Source: Magallana gigas (taxonomy: Eukaryota). Taken from it: DNA of 64,000 nt. The stretch is from the NCBI RefSeq assembly GCF_963853765.1, contig NC_088862.1, positions 1,488,001-1,552,000 of the forward strand, in the 5' to 3' direction. The translations under genes were made by a program, and so were the position numbers. Below, in pieces: positions 1 through 11,600 of the stretch. The notes below the pieces were generated by a model, which was given only the letters and a program-made list of their open reading frames with translations, ran no database searches and was not told where the DNA came from. The stretch's first letter is position 1. Each line of letters opens with the position of its first letter.

Positions 1-552
1 GAAATGTCAAGCATAAGTGAAATGTTATATATACCCCTGTAAAATGATGTTCGACTTTTAAGAATTTTTAGATTTTGAGAATTTGAGAAATTGAGATTTT
101 TAGAGTAATTGTATACAGGGTTTCCGCTTATAAGATTCTTTGATTTGGGCTGCTTTTAATTGTTGTAACTTTGACTATACGATCACGCTTCAATGAAACT
201 GCTTCTGAAAGAACTACTGGACTTGGTGATTAATATGTTTGAGCCAACCCTCAGGTGGATCCTTTAGACGGAAAGGTTACATATATAATATTTCACGTAA
301 AGCTATATTTCAATTTTAGAGCATGAATCACCATCTGTTGTCTCGTTAATATCTCTTTCCGTCTGTCTTTGTCATTTTATGTAATTCCCTCTGTCATAAA
401 AGCCTTTTAACGAACACCCCCAGTTTTTCTTTTCTATCAGAACATTAATCAGCATCTGTTGTCTCGTTAATATCTCTTTCTGGGTTGAAAATAAATAGTT
501 CAAAAAAAAAATCATATTGACCGGCTTTAAAAAAATTCTCAAATCAGGTTCT

Positions 553-2930
553 TCACCACACGAGATGGAAACTAGATTGGGACTCAACAACTTTTAGCTT
601 ACTTGGTAATAACTTTTCTGTCAATTTTGATAAGTACTCGCGTAATATAAGGAATTTACAGTACTTCTTTGACTCAAAGTCGAATAAGTCACACCCCACT
701 ACAGCATACGGTAGGTCTGGAACTGGTGTTGGTTTTAAGGATTCCGGTGGTTGCGAGTTCTGGAACGTTGCACACTTCTCACAGTCTTTAACAAGCTGCT
801 CGATCTGGGAGTTCATTCCCGGCCAGTACATCACTTCGCAGGCACGCTGTTTACATTTCACAATTCCGAGGTGAGACTTGTGTATTAGACTGAGCATATG
901 TGATCGAAGAGTAGGTGGAATCACTATGCGCATGCCTTTAAATATTACCCCATCCATTACAGAGAGTTCACTGCGAGATGTCCAGTAGTCCCGCACACTG
1001 ACTTGAGTTTCATTCTTTGTGTCAGGCCAACCATTTATGATAACAGTGTATAAACCGTGTAGCTCATTAAGGGTGCGCTCTCTGATATATTCTTGTCTTT
1101 CCCTGCTGACGAATAATAAGTCGAAAGCGTACATCAGCTATTTCAAGGTCTGGTTCATTGTTTGATAAGAAATGGTTTGTGGTCTTTGTAGACAGTGACT
1201 GGCTTGCCAACTATGTAGCAATGAAACATGGATGCTCCATGTACAACTGAGAGCATTTTCTTTTCAATTTGAGCGTATCGCAATGACACGGCCTTCCTGA
1301 ATGAGGATTGCCCCTAGTCCATCTTTAGAAGCATTACATTGTATTTCTATTGATTTGCTTACATTAAAGAGCGGTCGTACAAGAGGTTTTGAGTCGGTCA
1401 AAAATCTCTTGGTGTGTTTTATCCCATTGGAATGAAATGTCAGCTTTGAGAAGTTGTCTAAGAGGCGCGTCTATTTCACTCATATTTGGAATAAATTTGC
1501 AAAAGTATTGCACCAGTCCCAGGAATCTCCGCACAGCATCCTTGTTTGTGGGTGCTGGCATATTGCACACTGCTTTAATTTTCTCAGGATCTGGACTAAT
1601 GCCTTTGGAACTGATGATATGTCCTATGTAAGGTACTGATGTCTTGCGAACTCTGCATTTATTAAAGTTGAGGCGCAGATTGAATTCCGTCGCTCTCTTG
1701 ATTACTGCTTCAAGGATGTGATCATGGTGTTCCCGATCCCGGCCTGCAATTTAAATATCATCCATGATTGCGAATGCTCCTTCAATTCCTTCTAGCATTT
1801 GATCCATATTGCGTTGGTAAATTTCTGGGGCTGACTTTATGCCAAATGGGAGTCTCAGCAACGGAAACGACCAATTGGGGTATTGGAAGTCGTAAGGTAT
1901 GAAGATTTATTGTCAAGTTTAATTTGCATATAACCAGATTTGGCGTCAAGAACTCAAAATACTTTTGCACCAGGAATAGAACATGACACTTCCTCTACTG
2001 TATTCATGGGGTGGTGTTCTCTCTTAATGACCTCGTTAAGATCTTTAGGGTCAATACAAATTCTCACTTTGTTGTTCCTAAGGCTCACAACCACCGAACT
2101 TACCCATTTGGTAGGTTCTTCAACGGGTACAATGTATCCATCTGATTCCATTTTTCTCAGCCTTTCGATGATTCTTGGCTTTAACGATGCGGGCTGACGG
2201 CGCACTGGGTAAATCACACCTTTTGCATGTTCATCAATTTTGATGCTGTGTTCTCCTGGAAGAGTGGTACGGATTAGATCTTGGAAATCACTAAACTGTC
2301 CTAGCTGCACCGAATCACATTCAACAGTGTCCACATGCATAATGAGGTTAAGCTTTTCGGCTGTAGAACCAGCTATGATGTTTTCCTGCGAAACGTTTAC
2401 TACCTCAAACTTAGTTGTAATAGGTGTATCACCAATATGACTAGTGAGTGGTAAGTCAACGCAGAATTCAGGACAGGTTTTGTGGTTTGTGAATGAGCGC
2501 AGTATTTTATGTGACTTCTGCTCATTGCCGTGTAAGTCTGCTCTTATGTACTGTGACATGATGATAACGTTACATTTAGCTCCTGTGTCTATGCGGAATT
2601 CTAGAGGTCTGTCATGAACATACAGTGTAACGAGCCATTTATCTAACTTACGAGTGTCTGATCTGTCATCACTGGTAGAAAGAATATCTATCATGGCATC
2701 TTCATCACAGTCATCAGAATTGGATAAGTCTTCTGGTTCCAATGAGTACATCTTAGCCCGATTACGCTTCATACAGACTGATCTCCAATGGTCTGGTTTC
2801 TTACAGTAGTTACAAGTGGTACCGACTGCTGGATATTTGCTGTGGTTAGTATCAAATCCACAACGTGTGCAAGTATTTCTTATTTGTTTCAGACTTCTTC
2901 TGTTTTGCTCCAAGATCCTTGGATTAGTTC
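553..2930 (-). pseudogene. Decayed Ty3/Gypsy gag-pol fragment (double CCHC knuckle, protease, RT, RNase H, integrase N-terminus), broken by stops and frameshifts and truncated in the integrase core
   Basis: ORF 1954-2913 has CTRCG..H..(C)PAVGTTCNYCKKPDHWRSVC and the protease motif FRIDTGAKCNV, then RT start (PTKWVSSVVV..VRICIDPKDLN). An RT IMDDI motif lies near 1760, RNase H-region sequence at 1134-1570, and integrase HHCC (HKSHLGIVKCKQRAC..YWPGM..DCEKC) in ORF 553-1134. No LTRs found. Confidence 0.85.
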
Positions 2931-3329
2931 TAGTTGTGATTGGGACATTTCATACTGGCGCCCTATATATAGAGATTTGGCAAGATTTAAGCCCTGTCCT
3001 TGATCAAGCGAAGCGGTATATAAAAAAGCGTAAACTGTCCCAAGTTATGTAATCTCGTATACCATACGTCAAAATTAATTTCATTCCTTATCATTTAACA
3101 CATAAAACAAAACTAACTATTCGTACCATTTGCATGCTTTTGTTTTAACCGTAAATGACATTTTTAATTACTCCTTCATTAGTACAACATCCTTAGTAAC
3201 AGGTGACCCAGATTAGAACGAAGCGAGAAGTGGCCATGGAGGCCATATTTGAATTTGGTGTATGGACGCTGGTTTGCGACTTCACAGTTTGCTTCTCAAA
3301 TTTAAAGGTACAGTTGTTAAAAGCTGAAT

Positions 3330-3572
3330 TAGACATAAACCCAGAATAAAGGAAATTTGAAGATTGCAGGGACATTCCTCTCGGGGCCGTGGATGCAGTA
3401 TAAGAGGAAAGTTCGTGTTTGAAGATCGACTCAGGATTGGGAACGGTGTCTGAAATGACCGAGCATGCTGAAAAGGCTTATTTGTTTCCTCTGAGCCGTC
3501 GAGCAATCCCGGTTATAACCGCTAACAGAGGATTCATATTAACTGTTTTTTAATGTCCCGACATCAGTCTAG
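3330..3572 (-). pseudogene. Relic C-terminus of a Crypton/DUF3504-like tyrosine recombinase
   Basis: The minus strand reads LMSGH, then a short disruption, then ESSVSGYNRDCSTAQRKQIS, followed by a Ser/Asn-rich tail with FNNCTFKF. This resembles the GH(K/R)xExSxxxY catalytic His/Tyr box of Crypton-type recombinases. The frame is broken. Confidence 0.5.
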
Positions 3573-3712
3573 TAATGGGGGGGGGGGGCTTGCTCAATCA
3601 GATGCTGGCCAAATGTTTTACGACAAGATACATCCGCAATATTAAAACCACACCAAAATACCATCATAAACCTAGTTAGCTAAAAAAGTTAAGCGCTCTG
3701 AAAAGAGAAAGA

Positions 3713-4284
3713 ACTATATATGATAAGAGTTAAATTTTGCCCCCATAATTCGCCATTTTTTAAGTGTTTCGGGTACAATAAAATGTTAACTAATTTTTTA
3801 GAAGAGTTGATATAAAATATATTTTTCATCTATTTATTTGATTTATTTGCACTCACTGGCAGTATATGACGTCAGAAGTGACGCCATTTCGCTAATTCAA
3901 TCAAACTCAGCCAAAAATTGACATTTTTCTTATCTATTTACGAATCGGAAATATAGAGCGCATGCTTGAACAAGGACAATTTTTTTGTCACTTATTAGTC
4001 TTGGCTAGATACATCTCTGATTAAAATATTTTATTTGTTCAAGAATGCACTCTATGTTTTCGGAAGGAAAAACTGCTTGAAAACAAGCTGTTTTACGCTA
4101 AAAATGCAAAAATGGCGGGAAAAGGTTGTCTTTACAATGTTATATTTCTAAATTGTGGGCACTTGAACCGAAATGAATATTATGTAAACACATCACATAC
4201 ATATCTGTACTAAGAAAACAAAGAATGATAGTAAATTGATGATGTTCATTTTAGGGGGCCATTTTAGGCCCTTATCATATATAG
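3713..4284. mobile_element. Non-autonomous TIR element (MITE), about 570 bp
   Basis: Imperfect inverted ends: actatatatgataagagttaaattttgcccc (3713) versus ggggccattttaggcccttatcatatatagt (ending 4284). Confidence 0.6.
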
Positions 4285-4989
4285 TCCAAATTTTGGTGCA
4301 GTTCCAATCCTGGGTTAAGATTTGATGTTTTAGTAAATTAAGCATTTTTCCATGGTATTTTTATATCATTTATATTAATAAATACATGTGCATTTATCTG
4401 TCTTTTACATGCCCTGTTTAAAAAGCTTCAAACCCCCTTCTCAATTTGTGCTTCTTTTCGCAGAATTTCAATTTTTTTGTGTCTTGGAAGTTGTTTCAGT
4501 TCCATTTTTGCATTTATCAAAAAACTATTTACAGTCCTTTTAAAATTTAGATTATGCAAATGAAAAGATATAAAATTAATCATACTCTGTTCCCTTTGGT
4601 ATACAGATGCATTCAAAGTGTACATGTACAGTAAGGCTTACCTGTAAAAAAAAAAATAGTTCCGGATAAATGTTGTCGAGGGGGTGTGTCCCCATACCAA
4701 GGTATGTTATACAATATAATAAATATTATCCTCTTATATCATTATGTTATATACAATAATTGCCTTTCTATGGGCTATTGTGCATCAGATTGACTTTGTT
4801 AAGAGGGCCGTGTTACCGAATAGATTTATCTCATTTGCTATAAAAAGATTTTCTTTCCATTTTGTGCTTTAATGAGCTTACGAGTTTTATTTACGTTTTT
4901 TGTTGATGATGATGTAGGTGCGTGTTAAACGTTACATTTAACGAGAAAGATCATCGGAAAGCGGTCACCGGTGTATTCTGAACAGTCTA

Positions 4990-5250
4990 AGAAAGAATTT
5001 AACAAACCAAAATACAAGACACTTATGATAAAAGTTTATAACATTATCTTCTTATATATGTGATAACACAAAATAGTTGGTAAATGTGAAAACATCCCAA
5101 CAATACAATAGTCTGCGCAAAAAGTGATGAAAAAAGAATTTAAAAAACCAAAATACAAGACACTTATGATAGAAGTTATAAAATTATCTTCTTGGATATT
5201 TATTAACACAAATAGTTGGTAAATGTACAAACATCCTTAAAATACAATAC
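4990..5250. repeat. Diverged tandem duplication, unit about 140 bp
   Basis: aagaattta..aaaccaaaatacaagacacttatgata..aaatagttggtaaatgt occurs twice, at about 4992 and about 5134. Confidence 0.75.
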
Positions 5251-5564
5251 TTTGCCAAAAAGTGACCTAATTTTGGCATCAATATAATTAGATACGAAAC
5301 AAACAATTATATCTGTTTTATTATGTGATTTTGCGGCACACTGGCGCATCTCAAAAAGGTTGCGTTCTAAAACGTGAATGGTACATGTATTATTGGTTAC
5401 AAATTTGTTGAGTTGTCAGCTTTATACCATGCAAGAATATTAAAAAAAACTAATATATTGATATGGACTGTTTTGCCTTAAATTACGTAATAATCTCTAA
5501 TGTAATATATCTCTTAATTGGATAATGACATTATATTTACAGATAATGAAAGCTTTCATATATA

Positions 5565-5822
5565 TGTTGTGTAGCCGAGAAACTACAAAACATATAGTTC
5601 AAATATCTGGTGTCTTACCTGACAATATGCGGCAGACAACAGACAATGGTAAAAATATATAAGGAAAAACAGGGTAACAGGTGTGGTGCGGTATACGGCA
5701 GGATCAGAACTGGAGCTCCAGTAGATTGGGGTGGACCATGTGACATCAGGGTAGACCAGGGTTAGAGGTCATACATAAAAATTAGCATACGTTGGGAGAA
5801 TACAGTACGTGTTTACACTACA
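5565..5822 (-). repeat. 3' LTR (258 bp)
   Basis: Matches 16260-16517 at 257 of 258 positions by eye (taaaaattag versus taaacattag). TG...CA termini. Confidence 0.97.
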
Positions 5823-5833
5823 CTCCTCCCCAT
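5823..5833 (-). other. Polypurine tract (PPT)
   Basis: Minus strand ATGGGGAGGAG directly precedes the TG of the 3' LTR. Confidence 0.9.
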
Positions 5834-6210
5834 TTTATAATGAAAAGACCAACGTATACTCTATCATACAATTATGGGAAAAAAGACCAATTTAAAGACC
5901 AACTTTATAGAAATATAATACCAACATATCCCTATCTTTTTAGCTCATATATAATGTATATATATATATATATATACACAGGTTTCCTCGCATAAATCTG
6001 GGCTGAAATTATCGGACCCTTAATGAAGCAGAGGAACACTTATAAAAACAGAGTAAACAATTATTATGTAGTGATAAATTCCACTCAAATTTGGACCGAA
6101 AAATATCCAGTCCTGGATCCAGCAGAAAAATACAAAATACATAACTATAGTGCATAGAGCTTACGACAGTTCTTCACAGTTTCATTGAGCAGATACCGCA
6201 CAGATATCTG

Positions 6211-8262
6211 TTACTTGGATGCAACTACGGTGGCCACGTCACCAATGAACGCCGGGGTATTTATGTATCCACCACCTGGCTTCATGTAGGGGGAATCTGT
6301 TTCCAGCAACATACGATTCATTGGGACTGCACGAAGTCCATCAATCTGGTCCGTACTGAAAGTCTCCACGGCACCTGTGAATCCAAAGTAAACATGTGAA
6401 AAACTGTTCATCCACTCCTTCACCAGCCTCGCATCGCCAGTAAAGCAATGAAGATGTATTGGTTGGTCAGGATCACAAGACGTATGCAATATCTGCATAC
6501 ACCGTGCATGCACATCCATCCCAATCCTGTCAGCGGGAGTTCCACGCAAGTGCAGAACGAGAACTTTGTCCTTTCGGCTAAGAGTTAACACTTGACATAG
6601 AACATCTTCCTGTCGCCTCCATAACTTTACTGGCACAGTTCGGTCCAACCCAACCTCTCCCAGAGCCACTACATGAGGACGGTTTAGTAGTTCTTTCATA
6701 TGGAGAAATCTGTCTCTGGAGAATTCCTCTATGTGCTTGGGGTGCACTCCCACAGCCACTCCCCAAGGTCGCTCAACAGACACTATCTCTGGATGGGTGG
6801 AGGGTTCACTATAAACGATCACTCCACCTGCGACAGATACGTCAAGTTGAGGATGTTGATTTCCAGATAAACTATAGGAAATGAGGTCATCTACAGATTT
6901 TCCTGATGATTTCTTCCAAATACGGAAACTAGTCCGATCCAAGTGGAAATGACTATCGAAGGCTTCATTCACTGTGATGATTTTTTCGTTGCAAACTTCT
7001 ACGTCTGAACCATAGCTAACATCAATCACGGTGAATTCGTCCTCAGTTGAAGAGTCTACCACTGGAACTTGACTGTCCTCTGTGTTAGTAGGATGTTTGA
7101 TATCACTTCTAACGCGCCCGTCTACACGAAATTCTTCGCGTTGAATAGGTGGTAACAGTGACAACAACACTACCAGGCATCTCCAATGGAAAAGTGCTGC
7201 GGGGGAATTAACAGGTGACACAGTAAATCCCTCTGGTGGTTCTGCCCATCCTTGAGGTACACTAAATTTCCTCATACAGGCGATGGTGTCCGGATGTACA
7301 CTAGTGTTCTTTGGAATCCCACCAGACTGATTCACATAATTAACAGCGCTATACACATCAGCATTTTGTCCCAAGGCACTTATCACCAAGGATATCAACG
7401 ATGAGTACTGGAGCTGGCATAACACAGACTCATCAATAGAACGAATAGGCTTAATGTCACTGAAAATTCTAGGAAGATGCTGGCGCTGGACATGACGCTT
7501 GATCTTTTTCTCCCTCTTAACACAATTTGGGAATGGACACAGCTGAGCAAGATGAGACGACGGTTTAGTTAGAACTGTTATGGATAAATTATGATCCATT
7601 CGAGCGCGCTTCGATCCGACATCCTGGGTACTTTGCTTTGCCTCCACATGACGTGCTGGGTGCATACGTTTACCAGGGTTGTGGATAACTGGTATGGGCT
7701 CAGGGAAAGTAGGTTCAGGTTCCCGTACATTCACCATCAATCCAGTTGGGGCTGAGATACCACATTCTTGATCCGCCGTGTCATGATCCGCAGAGGAATC
7801 TGCTTCACCATGCACTTCGGAAGAGTCCGAGATCTCCATTGAGCGGGCGTTTGAATCTGCTGCATTGGTACGCACTACTTCCAGATTTGGGTTCGTCTTA
7901 AGACGGATATCCACACACATTGAGGAAGTAGCTTCAGCAGTATGCGACGTTTTGGTTCTTCTGCTTCTGTGGTTACCTAGCAGGGAAGGAAGGTTATCGT
8001 CCACCCAACGGTCTGAACACAAAATGGTGGCAGTCTCCCGTCTGGTCGTCTCAATCCATCTACTATCTCCCAGGTCTTTGGCGAGTCTATACTGTCCTTT
8101 GAGTACCTCGCAAATAGTGGTATGTGATGTTCCATCACTGATGAGTCCAAGGTCATACACAAATGTTCTTGGATCAACAAGACTCCTCAAGGATGTTTTC
8201 CTCCTGACAAAGTCCAAGTAATGTTCACCTCTTTCCTGACGAATAGTAGATCTCCTGTACAT
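6211..8262 (-). CDS. tatD: Retrotransposon ORF3, 683 aa: unknown N-terminal domain, atypical C2H2-like finger and C-terminal TatD-family metallo-nuclease
   Basis: TatD motifs occur in the correct order: FDSHFHLD, GVHPKH, ALGEVGLD, VLHLR, LHCFTG, YFGFTG, LLETDSPY. The reading frame continues past the TAA for 22 TatD-like residues to a TAG at 6145. Confidence 0.9.
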   Translation of the reverse strand: MYRRSTIRQERGEHYLDFVRRKTSLRSLVDPRTFVYDLGLISDGTSHTTICEVLKGQYRLAKDLGDSRWIETTRRETATILCSDRWVDDNLPSLLGNHRSRRTKTSHTAEATSSMCVDIRLKTNPNLEVVRTNAADSNARSMEISDSSEVHGEADSSADHDTADQECGISAPTGLMVNVREPEPTFPEPIPVIHNPGKRMHPARHVEAKQSTQDVGSKRARMDHNLSITVLTKPSSHLAQLCPFPNCVKREKKIKRHVQRQHLPRIFSDIKPIRSIDESVLCQLQYSSLISLVISALGQNADVYSAVNYVNQSGGIPKNTSVHPDTIACMRKFSVPQGWAEPPEGFTVSPVNSPAALFHWRCLVVLLSLLPPIQREEFRVDGRVRSDIKHPTNTEDSQVPVVDSSTEDEFTVIDVSYGSDVEVCNEKIITVNEAFDSHFHLDRTSFRIWKKSSGKSVDDLISYSLSGNQHPQLDVSVAGGVIVYSEPSTHPEIVSVERPWGVAVGVHPKHIEEFSRDRFLHMKELLNRPHVVALGEVGLDRTVPVKLWRRQEDVLCQVLTLSRKDKVLVLHLRGTPADRIGMDVHARCMQILHTSCDPDQPIHLHCFTGDARLVKEWMNSFSHVYFGFTGAVETFSTDQIDGLRAVPMNRMLLETDSPYMKPGGGYINTPAFIGDVATVVASK

Positions 8263-8653
8263 TATGCACTATTTAAAGTTTACACAATCAAAATACTAAG
8301 AAAGTAATGAAATAATTCTAACTACCACACTATATTACCGAGTATGATAAAAGGTAGTTAAGTTATATTATGAAAAATGACCTAAATGATAATCTATAAA
8401 TGTGACATAACCCTGGTCTATAATATACTTTGGGTACAGTATACTTTCTCCTCCACTGAAATAAAAGATAAGGCATATTAAGCACTCCAAACTTTCAGTT
8501 TGCAAATGACTAAGCATATAACTTAAACTGAAGATCGGAACCAAAGATTATGATTAAAAACATACCAAAGTAATTTAACACAAAAATATATTAAAAGATT
8601 AAGTCATATATTTACAGATTTTACCACACGAATACCTCAGATATCACTGGCAC

Positions 8654-11600
8654 TTAATGCTCGCACTTTGGACACAAATAAAATGCTAACTGCTCTGCGA
8701 ATTCTTTACTTACTTTGACGCAGGAACCATGAAACCAATCGCGACATTCATCACATTGAATCATGAATGAACCCGTGTCTGGCCCGCGACAGATACAAAA
8801 CTGAGCGTTGTTAGTATCCACCGGAACTTTATTGACATGTTTTTGGATCCATTCCGGAAGGTGACGGTCTCTGCAGATCTTCATACGATCATGATTCATG
8901 GTTATAATTTTTCCGCGCAGTTTGACCTTGTATAAATACGCAGATAATTTCTCCACAACCACTCCAGGCCCTTTCCAAGATGGACTGAGTTTTCTGCACT
9001 TACCTTTAACTGTCGCAGTATCAAGTACGTAAACAGCATCTCCGACTTTATAAGGATGTTCCAAAGTCCGGAGATCATAGTCACGTTTCATGATGTTCTG
9101 CGTAGTTTTAAGGACATCTCTGGCGGTCTCATGTGCTGTGGTAATGGAGTTGGTCAAGTTAGCAAGATATTCATCCTGAGGTTGCTCTTCCCTCTGCCCT
9201 GGAAACACCAAATCTACTGGTTGAGTTGTTTCTCGACCGAGCATCAACATATTAGGGGTATAGCCCGTGCTCCGATTTACAGAAGACCGAAGGGCTGCTG
9301 CTATTTGTGGAATATACTCATCCCACTCTCTTGGTGTTTTGGAGACATAACATCTAACAGCATCCATCAGAGTTCTGTTAAACCTTTCGACTTGCCCATT
9401 TGCTGATGCTCTGAAAGGAGTCGTTCTGGTTTTATGGATTTCGAGCATCTTACACATTTTAGTGAAGAGTTCACTAGTGAAGTTGGTTCCCTGGTCTGTA
9501 AAAATCTGGAGAGGATAACCAAAGCGTGTAAAAAACTCATTAATGGCCGCACGAGCTGTTACTTCTGCCGTTTGCGCTGGTAATGGTATACACTCTACCC
9601 ATTTGGTAAACTGGTCAACCATCATCAGAATGTAACCATTGTGGTTTTTTGTAACAGGTAGAGGGCCCAAGAAATCCAAATGTACTCTTTCCATTGGCAC
9701 TCCTGCATGGAACTGGGTCATGTTACATCGAGCATGTCTTGTAGGTTTTTTATTCCTATTACATACTGCACAGGAGGTAACATAATTTTGAATATCCAAC
9801 GTCATAGAGTACCAATAGAACCGCTCCTTAATTCGACTCAAAGTCCTTACCACTCCCTGGTGACCCGCAGCGGGAATATCATGACACAGAGCCATGGCTT
9901 CTACTTGCATGGTTCCTGGGAGTACGAGGACTTTACCAGTATCTTCAGTTTTCCACAGCATGCCTTGTTCATCCAGTGTGAATAATTCTTTGTTAATCCA
10001 CAATGCTTTAGCTGCCTTAGACATAAGAAAAAGCTCATTATCAGGTTTAACTCCCGAGTCTAACCAATCTATCAAAATTTTTAGGTTAGTATCTTTATGC
10101 TGAGCCTCTTTAATGTCATTTGTGGAGTAATTCTGCAGCCACAAGTCATGGTTAACAAGCCTTACTTTGATTTTGCTTTCACACTGGGAGTCTTTATTCT
10201 CGGATGATTTAAGAACAGAAGCAAGAGGAATAACATCATCTACATCATTCAGGAACTCCCCCCAATTTCGGTGGGCACGTTGACAATAGTGACATCCCCC
10301 ACACGCCAGATCTTGCAGTTTAAAATCTGCTCGGTAGAAGGGACACTCATTGTCATATTTTATCCTGGATAATGCGTCAGCATTCAAATGTTTCTTGCCT
10401 TCCCTATGCTGAATCTTCATGTTGTATTGACTCAATTCTTCCATCCATCTAGCAAGTTGACCTTCTGGGTAACGGAAGTTGAGTAGCCATTGTAGACTAC
10501 TGTGATCCGTACGAATTGTAAACGGTCTTCCAAGCAGATAATAACGATAATACCTGGTAAAAGTCACTACTGCTAGCAACTCTTTGCGGGTTGTGCAATA
10601 TCGTTTTTGTTCAGGAAGAAGGCCAATACTAGCATAGGAAATTGTTCTTTCTTGACCATCTTGAATTTGCAGTAATTCTGCTCCCAGGGCATATTCAGAG
10701 GCATCTGTGTCAAGGATGAAGTGACCTTCTTTAGTGGGCAATGTAAGAACAGGAGCACTTGTGAGAGCCAGTTTTACTTTATCAAAAGCCGACTGTTGCT
10801 CATCACCCCAGTTAAACCTATTCTTACCTGTAACTGCGTACAAAGGTGCGATCATCTCAGCAAAGTCCTTAATAAAGTTCCTATGGTAGTTGGCAAACCC
10901 ACAGAAGCGTTCTACATCTTTGGTACAAAGGGGTATAGGCCAATTGTTCATTGTGTCTATATAACTTTGTCCAATACCCAACCCACTTCTGTTTACTGTG
11001 CGTCCTAGGAACTCTACTTCTTGTTTGAACAAAACACACTTCTTTGGTTTTAACTTTAGTCCAAATGACCTAAATCTTTTAAACACATCTGTAATGTTGT
11101 TGAGGTGTTCCTTAAAATCTTTGCCCAAAACAAGAATATCATCAAGGAATGCTAAGACGGTCTTCCAATGTAATCCCCGCAATACCAGATTCATTACTCT
11201 CGAGTATGTGCTTGGTGCATTACATAAACCAAACCCCATTCGGTTAAACTGGAACGTCCCATACTTGGTTATAAACGCAGTTTTTTCCTTATCCGAATTC
11301 TTGACTTTAATCTGTAAATAGGCCCAGTTTGCATCTAGTTTAGAAAACCAAAGATTCCCCGTCAGTGTATCTAGGCATTCGTCTACCAAAGGTAGAGGAA
11401 ATACATCTTTCTTGGTCACAGCATTTAATGCCCTGTAGTCTATACACCAACGTAGGGTTCCATCTTTTTTTCTAACTAGTACTGGCGCTGAAGCCCATTC
11501 AGAGGTTGAAGGTTCGATTACTCCTGCACCTAGCAATTTGTTGAGGTGTTTTTCTTCTTCATCCACATAGCAAACTGGTGTTCTTCGCAACCGTTGTTTA

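Noticed and set aside
6578-8221. Small ORFs overlapping ORF3 (6578-6766, 7865-8221, 7977-8180)
   Set aside because: They are out-of-frame or antisense to the TatD ORF and have no recognisable motifs.
6211-8262. ORF3 as env, or as a host TATDN gene or bacterial contamination
   Set aside because: No signal peptide, TM or fusion motif is visible. It is intronless and lies between pol and the PPT inside matched LTRs, in continuous eukaryotic sequence.
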